A stretch of DNA of 58,656 nucleotides from Leisingera sp. (GTDB lineage Bacteria; Pseudomonadota; Alphaproteobacteria; Rhodobacterales; Rhodobacteraceae). Location: positions 1 through 58,656 of the forward strand of contig NZ_JAXMOX010000001.1 of assembly GCF_034669605.1 (NCBI RefSeq). The letters are read 5' to 3'. This document shows positions 19,254 through 29,056 of this stretch, piece by piece. A program made the translations under genes and the position numbers. Each line of letters begins with the position of its first letter. Within the stretch, counting starts at the first letter, position 1. Below the pieces are notes generated by a model. The model ran no database searches, was not told where the DNA came from, and was given only the letters and a program-made list of their open reading frames with translations.

Positions 19254-21305
19254 GTGACTCCCTTTGATGCAGACAGCCCCTCGCCCTTTCATGAAGGCGA
19301 GCAGGAAATGCAGCGCCGCGCGGGCAAGCGTGATGCAATGGAAGCCTTCGCCCGCCGGCTGATCCGCCCCTTCATGCCGGATCAGCACCGCGCGTTCTTT
19401 GCGCAGCTGCCGTTTCTGGCGGTAGGCGCGGTGGACCATCAGGGCTGGCCCTGGGCAACCCTGCTGAGCGGCCCGCCCGGATTTGCTGCCACCCCGGATG
19501 CGCGGCATATGCATGTATCACTGAGCGGCAGCACCGAGGATCCCGTCCATGTTGCCATCCGCAAGGGCGCGCCATTGGGGATTTTGGGGATCGAACTGCA
19601 CAGCCGCCGCCGCAACCGGGTCAACGGGCGCATCATTGCCGCCGCGCGGCACGGGTTTACCCTGCGTGTCGATCAGTCTTTTGGCAACTGCCCGCAATAC
19701 ATCCGGCTGCGGGATTTGAAACCTGCAGAACCACGGGTAGCTGCCAAGCCGCAGCGCTTTGTCAGCTTAGACAGCGCCCGCACCGCACTGATTTCCGATG
19801 CCGACATGTTCTTTGTCGCAAGCCATGTGCCTGCGGCGGCGCACCCCGAACGCGAAGGCGTCGATGTCTCGCACCGGGGCGGGCGGCCCGGTTTTGTCCG
19901 CGTCGACGGCAACACCCTGGCCATCCCCGATTTCCCCGGCAACAACCATTTCAACACCTTGGGAAATTTCCTGCTGAACCCGCGCGCGGGCCTGGCGTTT
20001 GCGGATTTCGAAACAGGCAGCCTGCTGCTGCTGACCGGTACGGTTGAGCTGCTGGGCGAAAACCACCCTGATGTCACCACCTTTCAGGGCGCTGAGCGCG
20101 GCTGGCGGTTTACCCTGCACCAAGGCATCTGGCTGGAGGGCGTTCTGCCCTTCCACGCCGAACGCGGTGATTTTTCACCCAACGCGATGATGACGGATAC
20201 TTGGTCTGAGTCAGAGGCCCGCAAAACCCTGGAAGCACAACGCAGCGCCTGGCGCCGCTTTCAGGTTGCGCGGACCGAGCAAGAAAGCACCACGATCCGC
20301 TCCTTTTATCTGCAGCCGGAGGACGGCGGCCCGCTGCTGCCATTTGAGGCCGGCCAGTTCCTGACCCTCCGCGCCGCGCCGCCCGGCACAGAAAGGCCGC
20401 TGGTGCGGACTTACACGGTCTCCTCAGCCCCTGGGGAAGGCCACTACCGCATCTCGGTCAAACGCGAGGAAAACGGCACCCTGTCCCGGCTGCTGCATGA
20501 CACCCTGCAGCCCGGCACGATGATTGAGGCCAAGGCCCCGCGCGGCGCTTTCTTTCTGGACCCGTCGCAAATGCGTCCAGCGGTGCTGATCGCCGGCGGC
20601 GTGGGGATCACGCCCATGATTGCCATGGCGCGCCACAGCTTGCGCGAAGGGCTGCGCACCCGCCATCAGCGCCCGCTTATTCTTTTGCACGCTGCGCGCA
20701 GCGTCCGGGACCGCGCCTTTGCCAGTGAACTGCGCAGGCTTGAGCAGGCCGCCGGCGGCATGATCCGGTATGTTTCGCTGATCAGCGAGCCTGCCGCGGA
20801 TGAGGTGGCAGGCAGGGATTTCGATCTGACAGGCCGCATCGATACCGGAATCCTGCAGCGGCTGCTGCCGCAACAAAGGGCTGATGTCTACCTCTGCGGA
20901 CCTGGCGGGTTCATGCAGGCCGTCTATGACAGCCTTCTCAGCCTTGGTGTCCGCGACGCTGACATCCACGCCGAGGCCTTCGGGCCATCCGCATTGGCGC
21001 GCGCCGCAGATGCCGCGCGCCTGAAGGATACAGTGCCAGAAGCCGCAACCGCCATTGTCCGCTTCACCAGATCCGGATTTGAACAGCCGTGGACCCCCGC
21101 AGACGGAACCCTGCTTGAGCTGGCAGAAACCCATGGGCTGACACCGGAATTCAGCTGCCGCGCCGGTAATTGCGGCAGCTGCAGCACCCGGCTTGGCGCA
21201 GGCAAAGTGTCCTACCGCCGCGCGCCATCGGCTGCGCCTGCGCGAGGGGAAACACTGATCTGCTGCGCCGTCCCTGCGTCAGACACAATCGAACTGGATT
21301 TGTGA
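19254..21305 (+). CDS. Pyridoxamine-5'-phosphate-oxidase-like / FAD-NAD reductase / 2Fe-2S ferredoxin fusion
   Basis: PFHEGE, FGNCPQYI, DVSHRGG; RTYTVSS, AGGVGITP, YLCGP, EAF; CRAGNCGSC...LICC; aggagg RBS before GTG. Confidence 0.9.
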   Translation: MTPFDADSPSPFHEGEQEMQRRAGKRDAMEAFARRLIRPFMPDQHRAFFAQLPFLAVGAVDHQGWPWATLLSGPPGFAATPDARHMHVSLSGSTEDPVHVAIRKGAPLGILGIELHSRRRNRVNGRIIAAARHGFTLRVDQSFGNCPQYIRLRDLKPAEPRVAAKPQRFVSLDSARTALISDADMFFVASHVPAAAHPEREGVDVSHRGGRPGFVRVDGNTLAIPDFPGNNHFNTLGNFLLNPRAGLAFADFETGSLLLLTGTVELLGENHPDVTTFQGAERGWRFTLHQGIWLEGVLPFHAERGDFSPNAMMTDTWSESEARKTLEAQRSAWRRFQVARTEQESTTIRSFYLQPEDGGPLLPFEAGQFLTLRAAPPGTERPLVRTYTVSSAPGEGHYRISVKREENGTLSRLLHDTLQPGTMIEAKAPRGAFFLDPSQMRPAVLIAGGVGITPMIAMARHSLREGLRTRHQRPLILLHAARSVRDRAFASELRRLEQAAGGMIRYVSLISEPAADEVAGRDFDLTGRIDTGILQRLLPQQRADVYLCGPGGFMQAVYDSLLSLGVRDADIHAEAFGPSALARAADAARLKDTVPEAATAIVRFTRSGFEQPWTPADGTLLELAETHGLTPEFSCRAGNCGSCSTRLGAGKVSYRRAPSAAPARGETLICCAVPASDTIELDL

Positions 21306-21319
21306 CCCGGACTCGCTCC

Positions 21320-21425
21320 GTGAAGCCGCACCATCGTGCCATTGCCACCGGCGGCGGCGTTGCCGGCGCCTCTGCCCTCGATCACCCGGCACTTCGGAAT
21401 GACCGGCCCGAACGAGCAGCTGCCC
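21320..21425 (+). pseudogene. Remnant of a GcvT-family FAD oxidoreductase
   Basis: VKPHHRAIATGGGVAGASALDHPA resembles MKTHAQAVVIGGGLVGCSILYHLA of gene 11544; followed in another frame by MTGPNEQLP (compare IHFPNEERS). Confidence 0.6.
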
Positions 21426-21934
21426 GGTGCACCTTATGCCACCGGTTTGAAACGCGGACGGCGGATGGGCTCAGCGCAAAATTATCCCGAATACTGAAAG
21501 CTCACCCACCACGGTGACGTTTTGCACATGATCTCCCAGCGGGTAGCGCCGCAGGCTGTGCCGTCGCACCTGCGCCACAATTCCAACACCGAGGCGCAAA
21601 TCACCCGGACCGGGAGTTCGCCGAAGGGGCACTGGAGCGCTGACAGCGCAGCCCTTGCTGCAGCGGAACGGGCGCGGGGCCGGTCCCTCGCACCCGCAGG
21701 CTGGACAAGGTTCCACCCGGTGCCGCAGTATCCGGGTATTGGCCCGCGGTGCGGAACCATTGCGCTCGGTCGCAGGTTCTCCTTGGGGACAGCAACTTGC
21801 CCGCCCCTGCGGCTCCAAAGGAAGTGACCACACCGTGAATGCAATGCCCGGTACAAAGGCGCATTCTCTATAGGCGAAAACCAGGCCCGCGGAACCAGCC
21901 GCGCCGCCAAGCCCCCAAAGGAGCGACGGAAAAC

Positions 21935-23443
21935 ATGTCCCAGATATCCAGCACCGTCCTGGCGCTGCTTGAATTCCTGTCATATGCGTTCATCTTTGTC
22001 TTCGGCGCCGGCGTTTTATGGCTGGTAGTGATCTACATCCGCGACAAAACCCAGACCGACAGCACCCTGCGCCGCAATTACCCGGTGGTGGCCCGCTTCC
22101 GCTATTTCTTTGAACATATGGGCGAATTCTTCCGGCAGTATTTCTTTGCCCTGGACCGCGAGGAAATGCCGTTCAACCGGGCGGAACGCTCCTGGGTTTA
22201 CCGGGCCGCCAAGAATGTGGACTCCACCATTGCCTTCGGCTCCACCCGGGATCTGCGCCCGGCCGGAACAGTCTATTTCGCCAATTGCCCCTTCCCGGCG
22301 CTGGCGCAGGACGCAACGCCCGCCGCCTCCGTCACCATCGGCCCTTACGCGCGCCACCCCTACACCACGGATTCGATCTTCAATATCTCCGGCATGAGCT
22401 TTGGCGCCATCTCCGTGCCCGCGGTCCGCGCGCTGTCGCATGGCGCCAGAAAGGCCGGCATCTGGCTCAACACCGGCGAGGGCGGGCTGTCGCCCTATCA
22501 TCTGGAGGGCGGTGCCGACATCGTGTTCCAGATCGGCACCGGCAAGTTCGGCGTGCGCAAGCCCGAAGGCGGCTTTGACGAGGACAAGCTGCGCGCGGTC
22601 GCTGCGCATGACTCTGTCCGCATGTTCGAGCTGAAGCTCAGCCAGGGCGCCAAGCCCGGCAAGGGCGGTATTCTGCCCGGCGCCAAGGTGACACCGGAAA
22701 TTGCCGCCATCCGCGGCTTGATCCCCGGCGAGGACGCCATCAGCCCCAACCGCCACCCGGAGGTCAGTACGGTAAGCGACCTGCTGGACATGATCGCCTA
22801 TATCCGCGAGGTGACCGGCAAGCCGGCGGGCTTCAAGGCGGTGCTGGGCGCCTATGGCTTTATCGAGGGCCTGTGCCAGGAGATCCTCTCCCGCGGCGTC
22901 GAAAGCGCGCCGGATTTCATCACCATCGACAGCGCCGACGGCGGCACCGGCGCCGCCCCGATGAGCCTGATTGACAACATGGGCATGCCGCTGCGCGAAA
23001 GCCTGCCGCTGACCGTCGATATCCTGACCCGCTATGGGCTGCGCGAGCGGATCAAGGTCTGCGCCAGCGGCAAGCTGATCAACCCGTCCGAAGTTGCATG
23101 GGCGTTCTGCGCCGGCGCCGATTTTGTCAACTCCGCCCGCGGCTTCATGTTTGCGCTCGGCTGCATCCAGGCCCTGCAGTGCAACAGGAACACCTGTCCC
23201 ACCGGCATCACCACCCATGACCCCAAGCTGCAATTCGGACTCGACCCCGCCAGCAAATCCGAACGCGTCGCCTATTACGCCAAGAACATGAAAAAGGAGG
23301 CCGAAATCATCGCCCACAGCTGCGGCGTCGCGGAACCGCGGCTGCTGCAGCGTTACCACGCGCGCATCGTGCTGGATAACGGCCGTTCCGTCTCGATGGA
23401 TGAACTGTTTCCGGTGCCGGCACAGCAGCACGCCGCGCAATAA
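21935..23443 (+). CDS. FMN-binding glutamate synthase family protein with N-terminal membrane anchor
   Basis: SGMSFGA, NTGEGG, KLSQGAKPGKGG, DGGTGAAP, CIQALQCNRNTCPTG (3Fe-4S); hydrophobic N-terminus. Confidence 0.92.
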   Translation: MSQISSTVLALLEFLSYAFIFVFGAGVLWLVVIYIRDKTQTDSTLRRNYPVVARFRYFFEHMGEFFRQYFFALDREEMPFNRAERSWVYRAAKNVDSTIAFGSTRDLRPAGTVYFANCPFPALAQDATPAASVTIGPYARHPYTTDSIFNISGMSFGAISVPAVRALSHGARKAGIWLNTGEGGLSPYHLEGGADIVFQIGTGKFGVRKPEGGFDEDKLRAVAAHDSVRMFELKLSQGAKPGKGGILPGAKVTPEIAAIRGLIPGEDAISPNRHPEVSTVSDLLDMIAYIREVTGKPAGFKAVLGAYGFIEGLCQEILSRGVESAPDFITIDSADGGTGAAPMSLIDNMGMPLRESLPLTVDILTRYGLRERIKVCASGKLINPSEVAWAFCAGADFVNSARGFMFALGCIQALQCNRNTCPTGITTHDPKLQFGLDPASKSERVAYYAKNMKKEAEIIAHSCGVAEPRLLQRYHARIVLDNGRSVSMDELFPVPAQQHAAQ

Positions 23444-23481
23444 GCCGCCCTCCCCTGCACTCTCAATCAACAGGAGCCCCC

Positions 23482-25155
23482 ATGCCCGAGACCCGCTCTG
23501 TGCCCCATTCCCCCGCCAAAGCTTCTGACCTGCTGGTCGACGCGCTGGAGGCCGAAGGCGTCGAATACGTCTTTGCCGTCCCGGGCGAGGAAAACCTCGA
23601 CCTGCTGGAATCCCTGCGCACCTCGAAGATTGAGCTGGTGCTGACCCGCCATGAACAGGGCGCCGCCTTCATGGCCGCCACCTATGGCCGCCTGACCGGC
23701 AAGGCGGGCGTCTGCATGGCGACACTGGGCCCCGGCGCCACCAATTTCGCCACCCCCGCCGCCTATGCCCATCTGGGCGGCATGCCGCTGATCATGATCA
23801 CCGGCCAGAAGCCGATCAAGAAATCGAAACAGGGCCGGTTCCAGATCATCGACGTGGTGGGTCTGTTCGAGCCGATCTGCAAGATGTCCAAACAGATCGT
23901 GCACGGCAATACCATCCCGGCGCTGATCCGCGAGGCATTCCGCACCGCCGAGGAGGAACGCCCCGGCGCCGTCCTGCTGGAGCTGCCGGAGGACATCGCG
24001 GCAGAGGAAACCGATGCCTCCGTCATCCCGCCCCACCCGCGCCATTACGCGGTGGCGGGGGACGAGGTGCTGACCGAGGCCGCGGAAATGATCCGGGGCG
24101 CTAAGATGCCGCTGCTGCTGCTTGGGGCCGGCGCCAACCGCCGCAAGGCGCGCTCTGCCCTGTGTGATTTTACCGGCCTGATCCAGATCCCCTTCTTCAA
24201 CACCCAGATGGGCAAGGGCGTGGTCGATGAACGCTCGGACCTGTTTCTGGGCACCGCCGCGCTGTCGGACGGCGATTATTTGCACTGCGCCATCGAACGC
24301 GCCGACCTGATCATAAACGTGGGCCACGACGTGGTTGAAAAACCGCCCTTCTTCATGGAGGACGGCGGCACCAAGGTGATTCATGTGAACTACAAGGCAG
24401 CGCAGGTCGACCAGGTCTATTTCCCGCAGCTGGAGGTGGTCGGCGACCTGGCGCAATCGATCACCCGGCTGGGCAATATCCTGGGCGGCCCGCTGGACTT
24501 TGACCGCAGCTATTTCCAGCGCATCAAGCAGGAAACCGAGAAACACCTCTCCGACCGCGCCGGCGATGCGCGTTTTCCGGTGATCCCGCAGCGGCTGGTG
24601 GCGGACACCCGCAAGGTGATGGGCGACTGCGATATCATCGCGCTGGACAATGGTATCTACAAGATCTGGTACGCCCGCAATTACAAGGCTTATCACTCCA
24701 ACACCGTTCTGCTGGACAATGCGCTGGCGACGATGGGCGCGGGCCTGCCATCGGCGATGATGGCGGCCAAGCTGAACCCGGACCGCCGGGTGATGGCGAT
24801 CTGCGGCGACGGCGGCTTTATGATGAACAGCCAAGAGCTGGAAACTGCCGTCCGCCTCGGCCTCAACCTGGTGGTGACGGTGCTCAACGACAGCTCTTAC
24901 GGCATGATCCGCTGGAAGCAGTCGCACGCAGGCTTTGCCGACTGGGGGCTGGAATTCGGCAACCCGGATTTTGTCCAGTACGCCAACAGTTACGGCGCCA
25001 CCGGCCACCGGATCGAGCGCACAGAAGACTTGGTGCCTACGTTTGAGAACGCCTTTGACGCGGGCGGCGTGCATCTGATTGACGTGCCGGTGGACTACAG
25101 CGAAAACCAGCGCGTGCTGATTGATGAACTGGCTGAAAAAGTGTGCCTGATATGA
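23482..25155 (+). CDS. Acetolactate-synthase-like ThDP enzyme (possible 2-oxoacid decarboxylase)
   Basis: PGEENL, RHEQGAAFMA, TLGPGATN, GDGGFMMNSQELETA; no small regulatory subunit nearby. Confidence 0.9.
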   Translation: MPETRSVPHSPAKASDLLVDALEAEGVEYVFAVPGEENLDLLESLRTSKIELVLTRHEQGAAFMAATYGRLTGKAGVCMATLGPGATNFATPAAYAHLGGMPLIMITGQKPIKKSKQGRFQIIDVVGLFEPICKMSKQIVHGNTIPALIREAFRTAEEERPGAVLLELPEDIAAEETDASVIPPHPRHYAVAGDEVLTEAAEMIRGAKMPLLLLGAGANRRKARSALCDFTGLIQIPFFNTQMGKGVVDERSDLFLGTAALSDGDYLHCAIERADLIINVGHDVVEKPPFFMEDGGTKVIHVNYKAAQVDQVYFPQLEVVGDLAQSITRLGNILGGPLDFDRSYFQRIKQETEKHLSDRAGDARFPVIPQRLVADTRKVMGDCDIIALDNGIYKIWYARNYKAYHSNTVLLDNALATMGAGLPSAMMAAKLNPDRRVMAICGDGGFMMNSQELETAVRLGLNLVVTVLNDSSYGMIRWKQSHAGFADWGLEFGNPDFVQYANSYGATGHRIERTEDLVPTFENAFDAGGVHLIDVPVDYSENQRVLIDELAEKVCLI

Positions 25156-26537
25156 CCGGAACCGTAAAAGTCGTGAACCCCTTCAGCCTGGAGCGCATCG
25201 GCACGGTCGAGACCTCAGACTGGGACCGGATCGACGCGATGCTCACCACCGCGCATGGGCTGTTCCGCCAGCGGGATAGCTGGCTGCCGGCCTATCAGCG
25301 GATAGACATCCTTAAGAAAACCGCCCGGCTGATGGAAGCGCGGTTCGACGAGCTGGCGCTGCTGATCGCCAGCGAGGGCGGCAAGCCGCTGGTGGATGCC
25401 AAGGTAGAGGTCAAACGCGCCATCGACGGGGTGGAGCTGTGCGTGCATGAGATCGGCCAGATGACGGGCAAGGAAATCCCGATGGGCTTGACCGAGGCCG
25501 GATCGGGCCGGATTGCCTTTACCCAGCGCGAGCCGATCGGCGTGGTCGTCGCCGCCAGTGCCTTCAACCACCCTCTGAACCTGATCGTGCATCAGGTGGC
25601 GCCCGCGGTGGCCACCGGCTGCCCGGTGATCGTCAAACCGGCGCAGGACACGCCGCTGTCCTGCCAGGCCTTTGTCGCGATGCTGCACGAGGCCGGGCTG
25701 CCGCCGGACTGGTGCCGCGAGGTGGTCTGCTCCAACGCAGTGGCGGAAATGATGATCACCGATGCGCGGGTCGGCTTCTTCTCTTTCATCGGCTCCGCCC
25801 GCGTCGGCTGGATGCTGCGCTCCAAACTCGCCCCCGGCACCCGCTGCGCACTGGAACACGGCGGCGCCGCGCCGGTGATCGTGGCCGGGGACGCGGACAT
25901 CGACGCGATGATCCCGGCGCTGGCCAAGGGCGGCTTCTACCACTCCGGCCAGGTCTGCGTCTCGGTGCAGCGGGTGTTTGCTCCCGCCGCCAAGGCCGAA
26001 GAGATCGCGCAGAAGCTGGCCGAAGCCGCCAAGGCGCTGAAGGTTGGCGACGCCACCGACCCCAGCACAGACTGCGGCCCGCTGATCCGCCCGGCCGAGG
26101 TCGACCGGGTGGAGGAATGGGTGCAGGAGGCGCTCGACGGCGGCGCCAGGCTGCTGGCGGGCGGCAAGCGCCTGGGCGAGACCACCTATGCCCCCACCGT
26201 GCTGCTGGACCCGCCCGCGGACGCCCGCGTCTCGCAGCAGGAGATCTTCGGCCCGGTGATCTGCATCTACAGCACGGACAGCATCCCGCAGGCGATCGAG
26301 GCCGCCAACGGCCTGCCATTCGCCTTCCAGGCCGCGGTGTTCACTCAAAGCCTCGACACCGCCATGCAGGCCGTCCGCCAGCTCGACGCCACCGCGGTTA
26401 TGGTCAACGACCACACTGCCTTCCGTGTTGACTGGATGCCCTTCGCCGGCCGCCGCCAGTCCGGCTACAACACCGGCGGCATCGGCTACACCATGCATGA
26501 CATGACCCAGGACAAGATGGCGGTAATCAAGCTCTGA
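25152..26537 (+). CDS. Aldehyde dehydrogenase (LEHGG type)
   Basis: FNHPLN, VKPA, FIGS, LEHGG, GQVCVS, EIFGPV, FRVDWMPF; ATGA overlap with the ThDP gene. Confidence 0.92.
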   Translation: MTGTVKVVNPFSLERIGTVETSDWDRIDAMLTTAHGLFRQRDSWLPAYQRIDILKKTARLMEARFDELALLIASEGGKPLVDAKVEVKRAIDGVELCVHEIGQMTGKEIPMGLTEAGSGRIAFTQREPIGVVVAASAFNHPLNLIVHQVAPAVATGCPVIVKPAQDTPLSCQAFVAMLHEAGLPPDWCREVVCSNAVAEMMITDARVGFFSFIGSARVGWMLRSKLAPGTRCALEHGGAAPVIVAGDADIDAMIPALAKGGFYHSGQVCVSVQRVFAPAAKAEEIAQKLAEAAKALKVGDATDPSTDCGPLIRPAEVDRVEEWVQEALDGGARLLAGGKRLGETTYAPTVLLDPPADARVSQQEIFGPVICIYSTDSIPQAIEAANGLPFAFQAAVFTQSLDTAMQAVRQLDATAVMVNDHTAFRVDWMPFAGRRQSGYNTGGIGYTMHDMTQDKMAVIKL

Positions 26538-26541
26538 CCGC

Positions 26542-26564
26542 GCCGGGCGCGGCTTGCGCCCGGC
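26542..26564 (+). terminator. Hairpin after the ALDH gene
   Basis: gccgggcgc-N5-gcgcccggc. Confidence 0.5.
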
Positions 26565-26652
26565 AATTATCCAGCCCGCCCGCTTTCGCCCTTTCCGCCT
26601 GCGGGTTCCGCCGCTATGCCGGCAGCATCCCAAGACAGGAAAGGCATCGACC

Positions 26653-26997
26653 ATGACCATCACCCGTTCCGGCACCACCGCCCGCTCCAGCAAGATCGTC
26701 AAGCACAACGGCGTTGTCTACCTCAGCGGCCAGGTCTCCGAGGCCGAAACCGCCGCCGAGCAGACCCGCGAGATCCTCGCCAAGGTCGACGCCCTGCTGG
26801 CCGAGGCCGGCAGCGACAAGACCCGGCTTTTGCAGACCGTGATCTGGCTCGCCGACATGTCCTATTTCGCTGAGCTGAACGAGGTCTGGAACGCCTGGGT
26901 TCCCGAAGGCCACGCCCCGGCCCGTGCCTGCGGCGAAGCCAAGCTGGCGCGCGAGATCCTGAAGGTCGAGATCATCGTCACCGCCGCCTGCGACTGA
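26653..26997 (+). CDS. RidA/YjgF family protein (YoaB-like, catalytic Arg present)
   Basis: VYLSGQV, LNEVWNAW, PARAC, KVEIIVTAA. Confidence 0.9.
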   Translation: MTITRSGTTARSSKIVKHNGVVYLSGQVSEAETAAEQTREILAKVDALLAEAGSDKTRLLQTVIWLADMSYFAELNEVWNAWVPEGHAPARACGEAKLAREILKVEIIVTAACD

Positions 26998-27023
26998 TCC
27001 GGTTGCCGTCCGGCTAATGCACT

Positions 27024-27056
27024 GCGCCGGGCCTCCTTGAGGCCCGGCGCTTTTGG
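27024..27056 (+). terminator. Rho-independent terminator
   Basis: gcgccgggcctc-ctt-gaggcccggcgc followed by tttt. Confidence 0.8.
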
Positions 27057-27076
27057 TTTCATCCCTGTAATCCGGG

Positions 27077-28768
27077 TCAGGCAGGCAGATCCCCGGTGAT
27101 CCCGGTGTCCTCCGGTCCGCTGGCACGCACCTGGATCGGCGCCGCCGAGGGATCATCCCGCAGCGATTTATACAGCCCCCAGACCATCGCGATGATCAGG
27201 AATGAAATCGGGAAGGCGGTCGCGATCAGGGCCGTCTGCAGCGCGTTCAGCCCGCCCGACATCAGCAGCACGATGGCGGTTGCGCCGATCCCCGCGCCCC
27301 AGATGATGCGGAACTTGTTCGGCGGGTTTTCATCGCCCATCGATAGCATGGTGGTGATCACCAGGGTGCCGGAATCCGCCGAGGTCACAAACCAGCTGAC
27401 CAGCAGCAGGGTTGCGAGCAGCGACAGCGGCCAGGCGGTCCAGCTCAGATCGCCCATCCAGGAGGTCGCCCCGAGATTGCCGATGGTGCCATACAGCGCC
27501 GCCGGCAGTTCCCAGTTGCGCACGGTGGCAATCACCCCTGCGCCGCCGTCGGACGCCGGGCCCGCACCCATGTGCATCTCCTGCCAGATCGCAGTGCCGC
27601 CAAAGATGCACAGCCAGAAGAACACCGCGGCGGTCGGCACGCACAGCACCCCGACCATGAACTCGCGGATGGTGCGGCCATAGGAGATGCGGGCGATGAA
27701 AATGCCCACCAGCGGCGCCCAGGCGATCCACCAGCCCCAATAGAAGATGGTCCAGCCGCCCTGCCAGGCGATGTCCGCCTCTTCGGTGGCGGTCCAGAAG
27801 CCCATCGGGATGAAGTTCCACAGGTAGTCCCCGACAGAGGTGATGTAGAAACCCATCAGCCACTTGCCCGGGCCGATCACCACAAAGGCGGCCAGCAGCG
27901 CGACAGACAGCCAGATGTTCCATTCCGAGATCAGCCGGATGCCGCGGGCAACGCCGGACACGGTCGATGCGGTGGCGATGACGGACACGATGACGATCAA
28001 CACGATTTTCAGGGTCAGCGTCACCTCCAGACCGAACAGCACGTTCAGCCCGGTGGCAATCTGGGTGGACCCCAGCCCCAGCGAGGTGGCAATGCCGAAC
28101 ACCGATCCGAACACCGCCAGCAGATCGACCGCATGCCCCCATGGGCCATAGATCCGCTCACCCAGGATCGGATACAGGGTTGAGCGCATGGTCAGTGGCA
28201 GCTTCTTGCGGAACCCGAAATAGGCCAGGCAAAGCCCGACCAGCACATAAAGCGCCCAGCCGTGGAAACCCCAGTGGAAAAAGGTCACCCGCATCGCGTC
28301 CTGCGCCCGCTGCATGTTCATGTCCAGATGGCCCGCCATGTCGGCATGGGGGTTGTTCGGATAGCCAAAGGCGCCGGAATTGTCGAAATAGAAGATCGGC
28401 TCCGCCACCCCGAAGAACAGGATGCCGACGCCGATGCCGGCCGAGAACAGCATCGCGAACCAGCTGAAGTTGCCGAATTCGGGGCGCGAGTCGTCGTCGC
28501 CCAGCCGCAGCTTGCCAAACCGCGAAAACATCAGGCCAAAGCAGAAGAACATGCCGGCAATCAGCACTGCGATGTAGTACCAGCTGAACCAGCTTTCGAT
28601 CCAGCCGCGGACGGATTTGTACAGGCCGTTTGCCAGCTCGACATTCAGCGCCGTGAAGATCACAAATGCGGCGATCATCCCCATCGCCGCCAGCCCCATC
28701 CCCGGATGAAGACCGGCAAAAAAGCCGGACTTCGCCACCAGGTGGCTGTTGGAATTGCTCTCAGACAT
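27077..28768 (-). CDS. BCCT family betaine/carnitine/choline transporter
   Basis: SWFAMLFSAGIG, FFHWG, WTIFYWGWWIAWAP, FVTSADSG. Confidence 0.95.
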   Translation of the reverse strand: MSESNSNSHLVAKSGFFAGLHPGMGLAAMGMIAAFVIFTALNVELANGLYKSVRGWIESWFSWYYIAVLIAGMFFCFGLMFSRFGKLRLGDDDSRPEFGNFSWFAMLFSAGIGVGILFFGVAEPIFYFDNSGAFGYPNNPHADMAGHLDMNMQRAQDAMRVTFFHWGFHGWALYVLVGLCLAYFGFRKKLPLTMRSTLYPILGERIYGPWGHAVDLLAVFGSVFGIATSLGLGSTQIATGLNVLFGLEVTLTLKIVLIVIVSVIATASTVSGVARGIRLISEWNIWLSVALLAAFVVIGPGKWLMGFYITSVGDYLWNFIPMGFWTATEEADIAWQGGWTIFYWGWWIAWAPLVGIFIARISYGRTIREFMVGVLCVPTAAVFFWLCIFGGTAIWQEMHMGAGPASDGGAGVIATVRNWELPAALYGTIGNLGATSWMGDLSWTAWPLSLLATLLLVSWFVTSADSGTLVITTMLSMGDENPPNKFRIIWGAGIGATAIVLLMSGGLNALQTALIATAFPISFLIIAMVWGLYKSLRDDPSAAPIQVRASGPEDTGITGDLPA

Positions 28769-29056
28769 TTGGTCCTCCCTTTGACCCTATAAGATTTGCC
28801 CCCCGGCGCTGGCCGCCTCGGGGGGGCTGCCCGGCCCGCCGGGCAGAAATGTGTTCATCGTGTCCTGCCGTGCGCCGCAAGGGGCCGCCCGCCGTGCGGA
28901 CCTTTCCCGCGGCAGGAGGCTTTGGCTGCGGGCCGGAGCGGGGAGGGTGTCCGGCCCGCAAAGCGGGGATTCCGGCTGCCTGGCAGGCGCGACACACTGT
29001 TCCGCCATGCTGTGCGGCTGAACAGCCTGAAGGCTACCGGTCCCCATCTCAGCCCC

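Noticed and set aside
17538-19514. 658-aa ORF that looks like a novel LysR fusion
   Set aside because: The N-terminal 363 aa are antisense to the GST and PNPOx genes; the real LysR starts at ATG 18425 with an RBS
21935-23443. N-methylglutamate synthase subunit (MgsC) for methylamine released from trigonelline
   Set aside because: No mgsA/mgsB or gmaS neighbours, and it has a TM anchor typical of standalone FMN-binding family members
28790-29050. GC-rich hairpin-containing gap as a possible sRNA or CRISPR-like array
   Set aside because: No regularly spaced direct repeats; better explained by degenerate intergenic repeats
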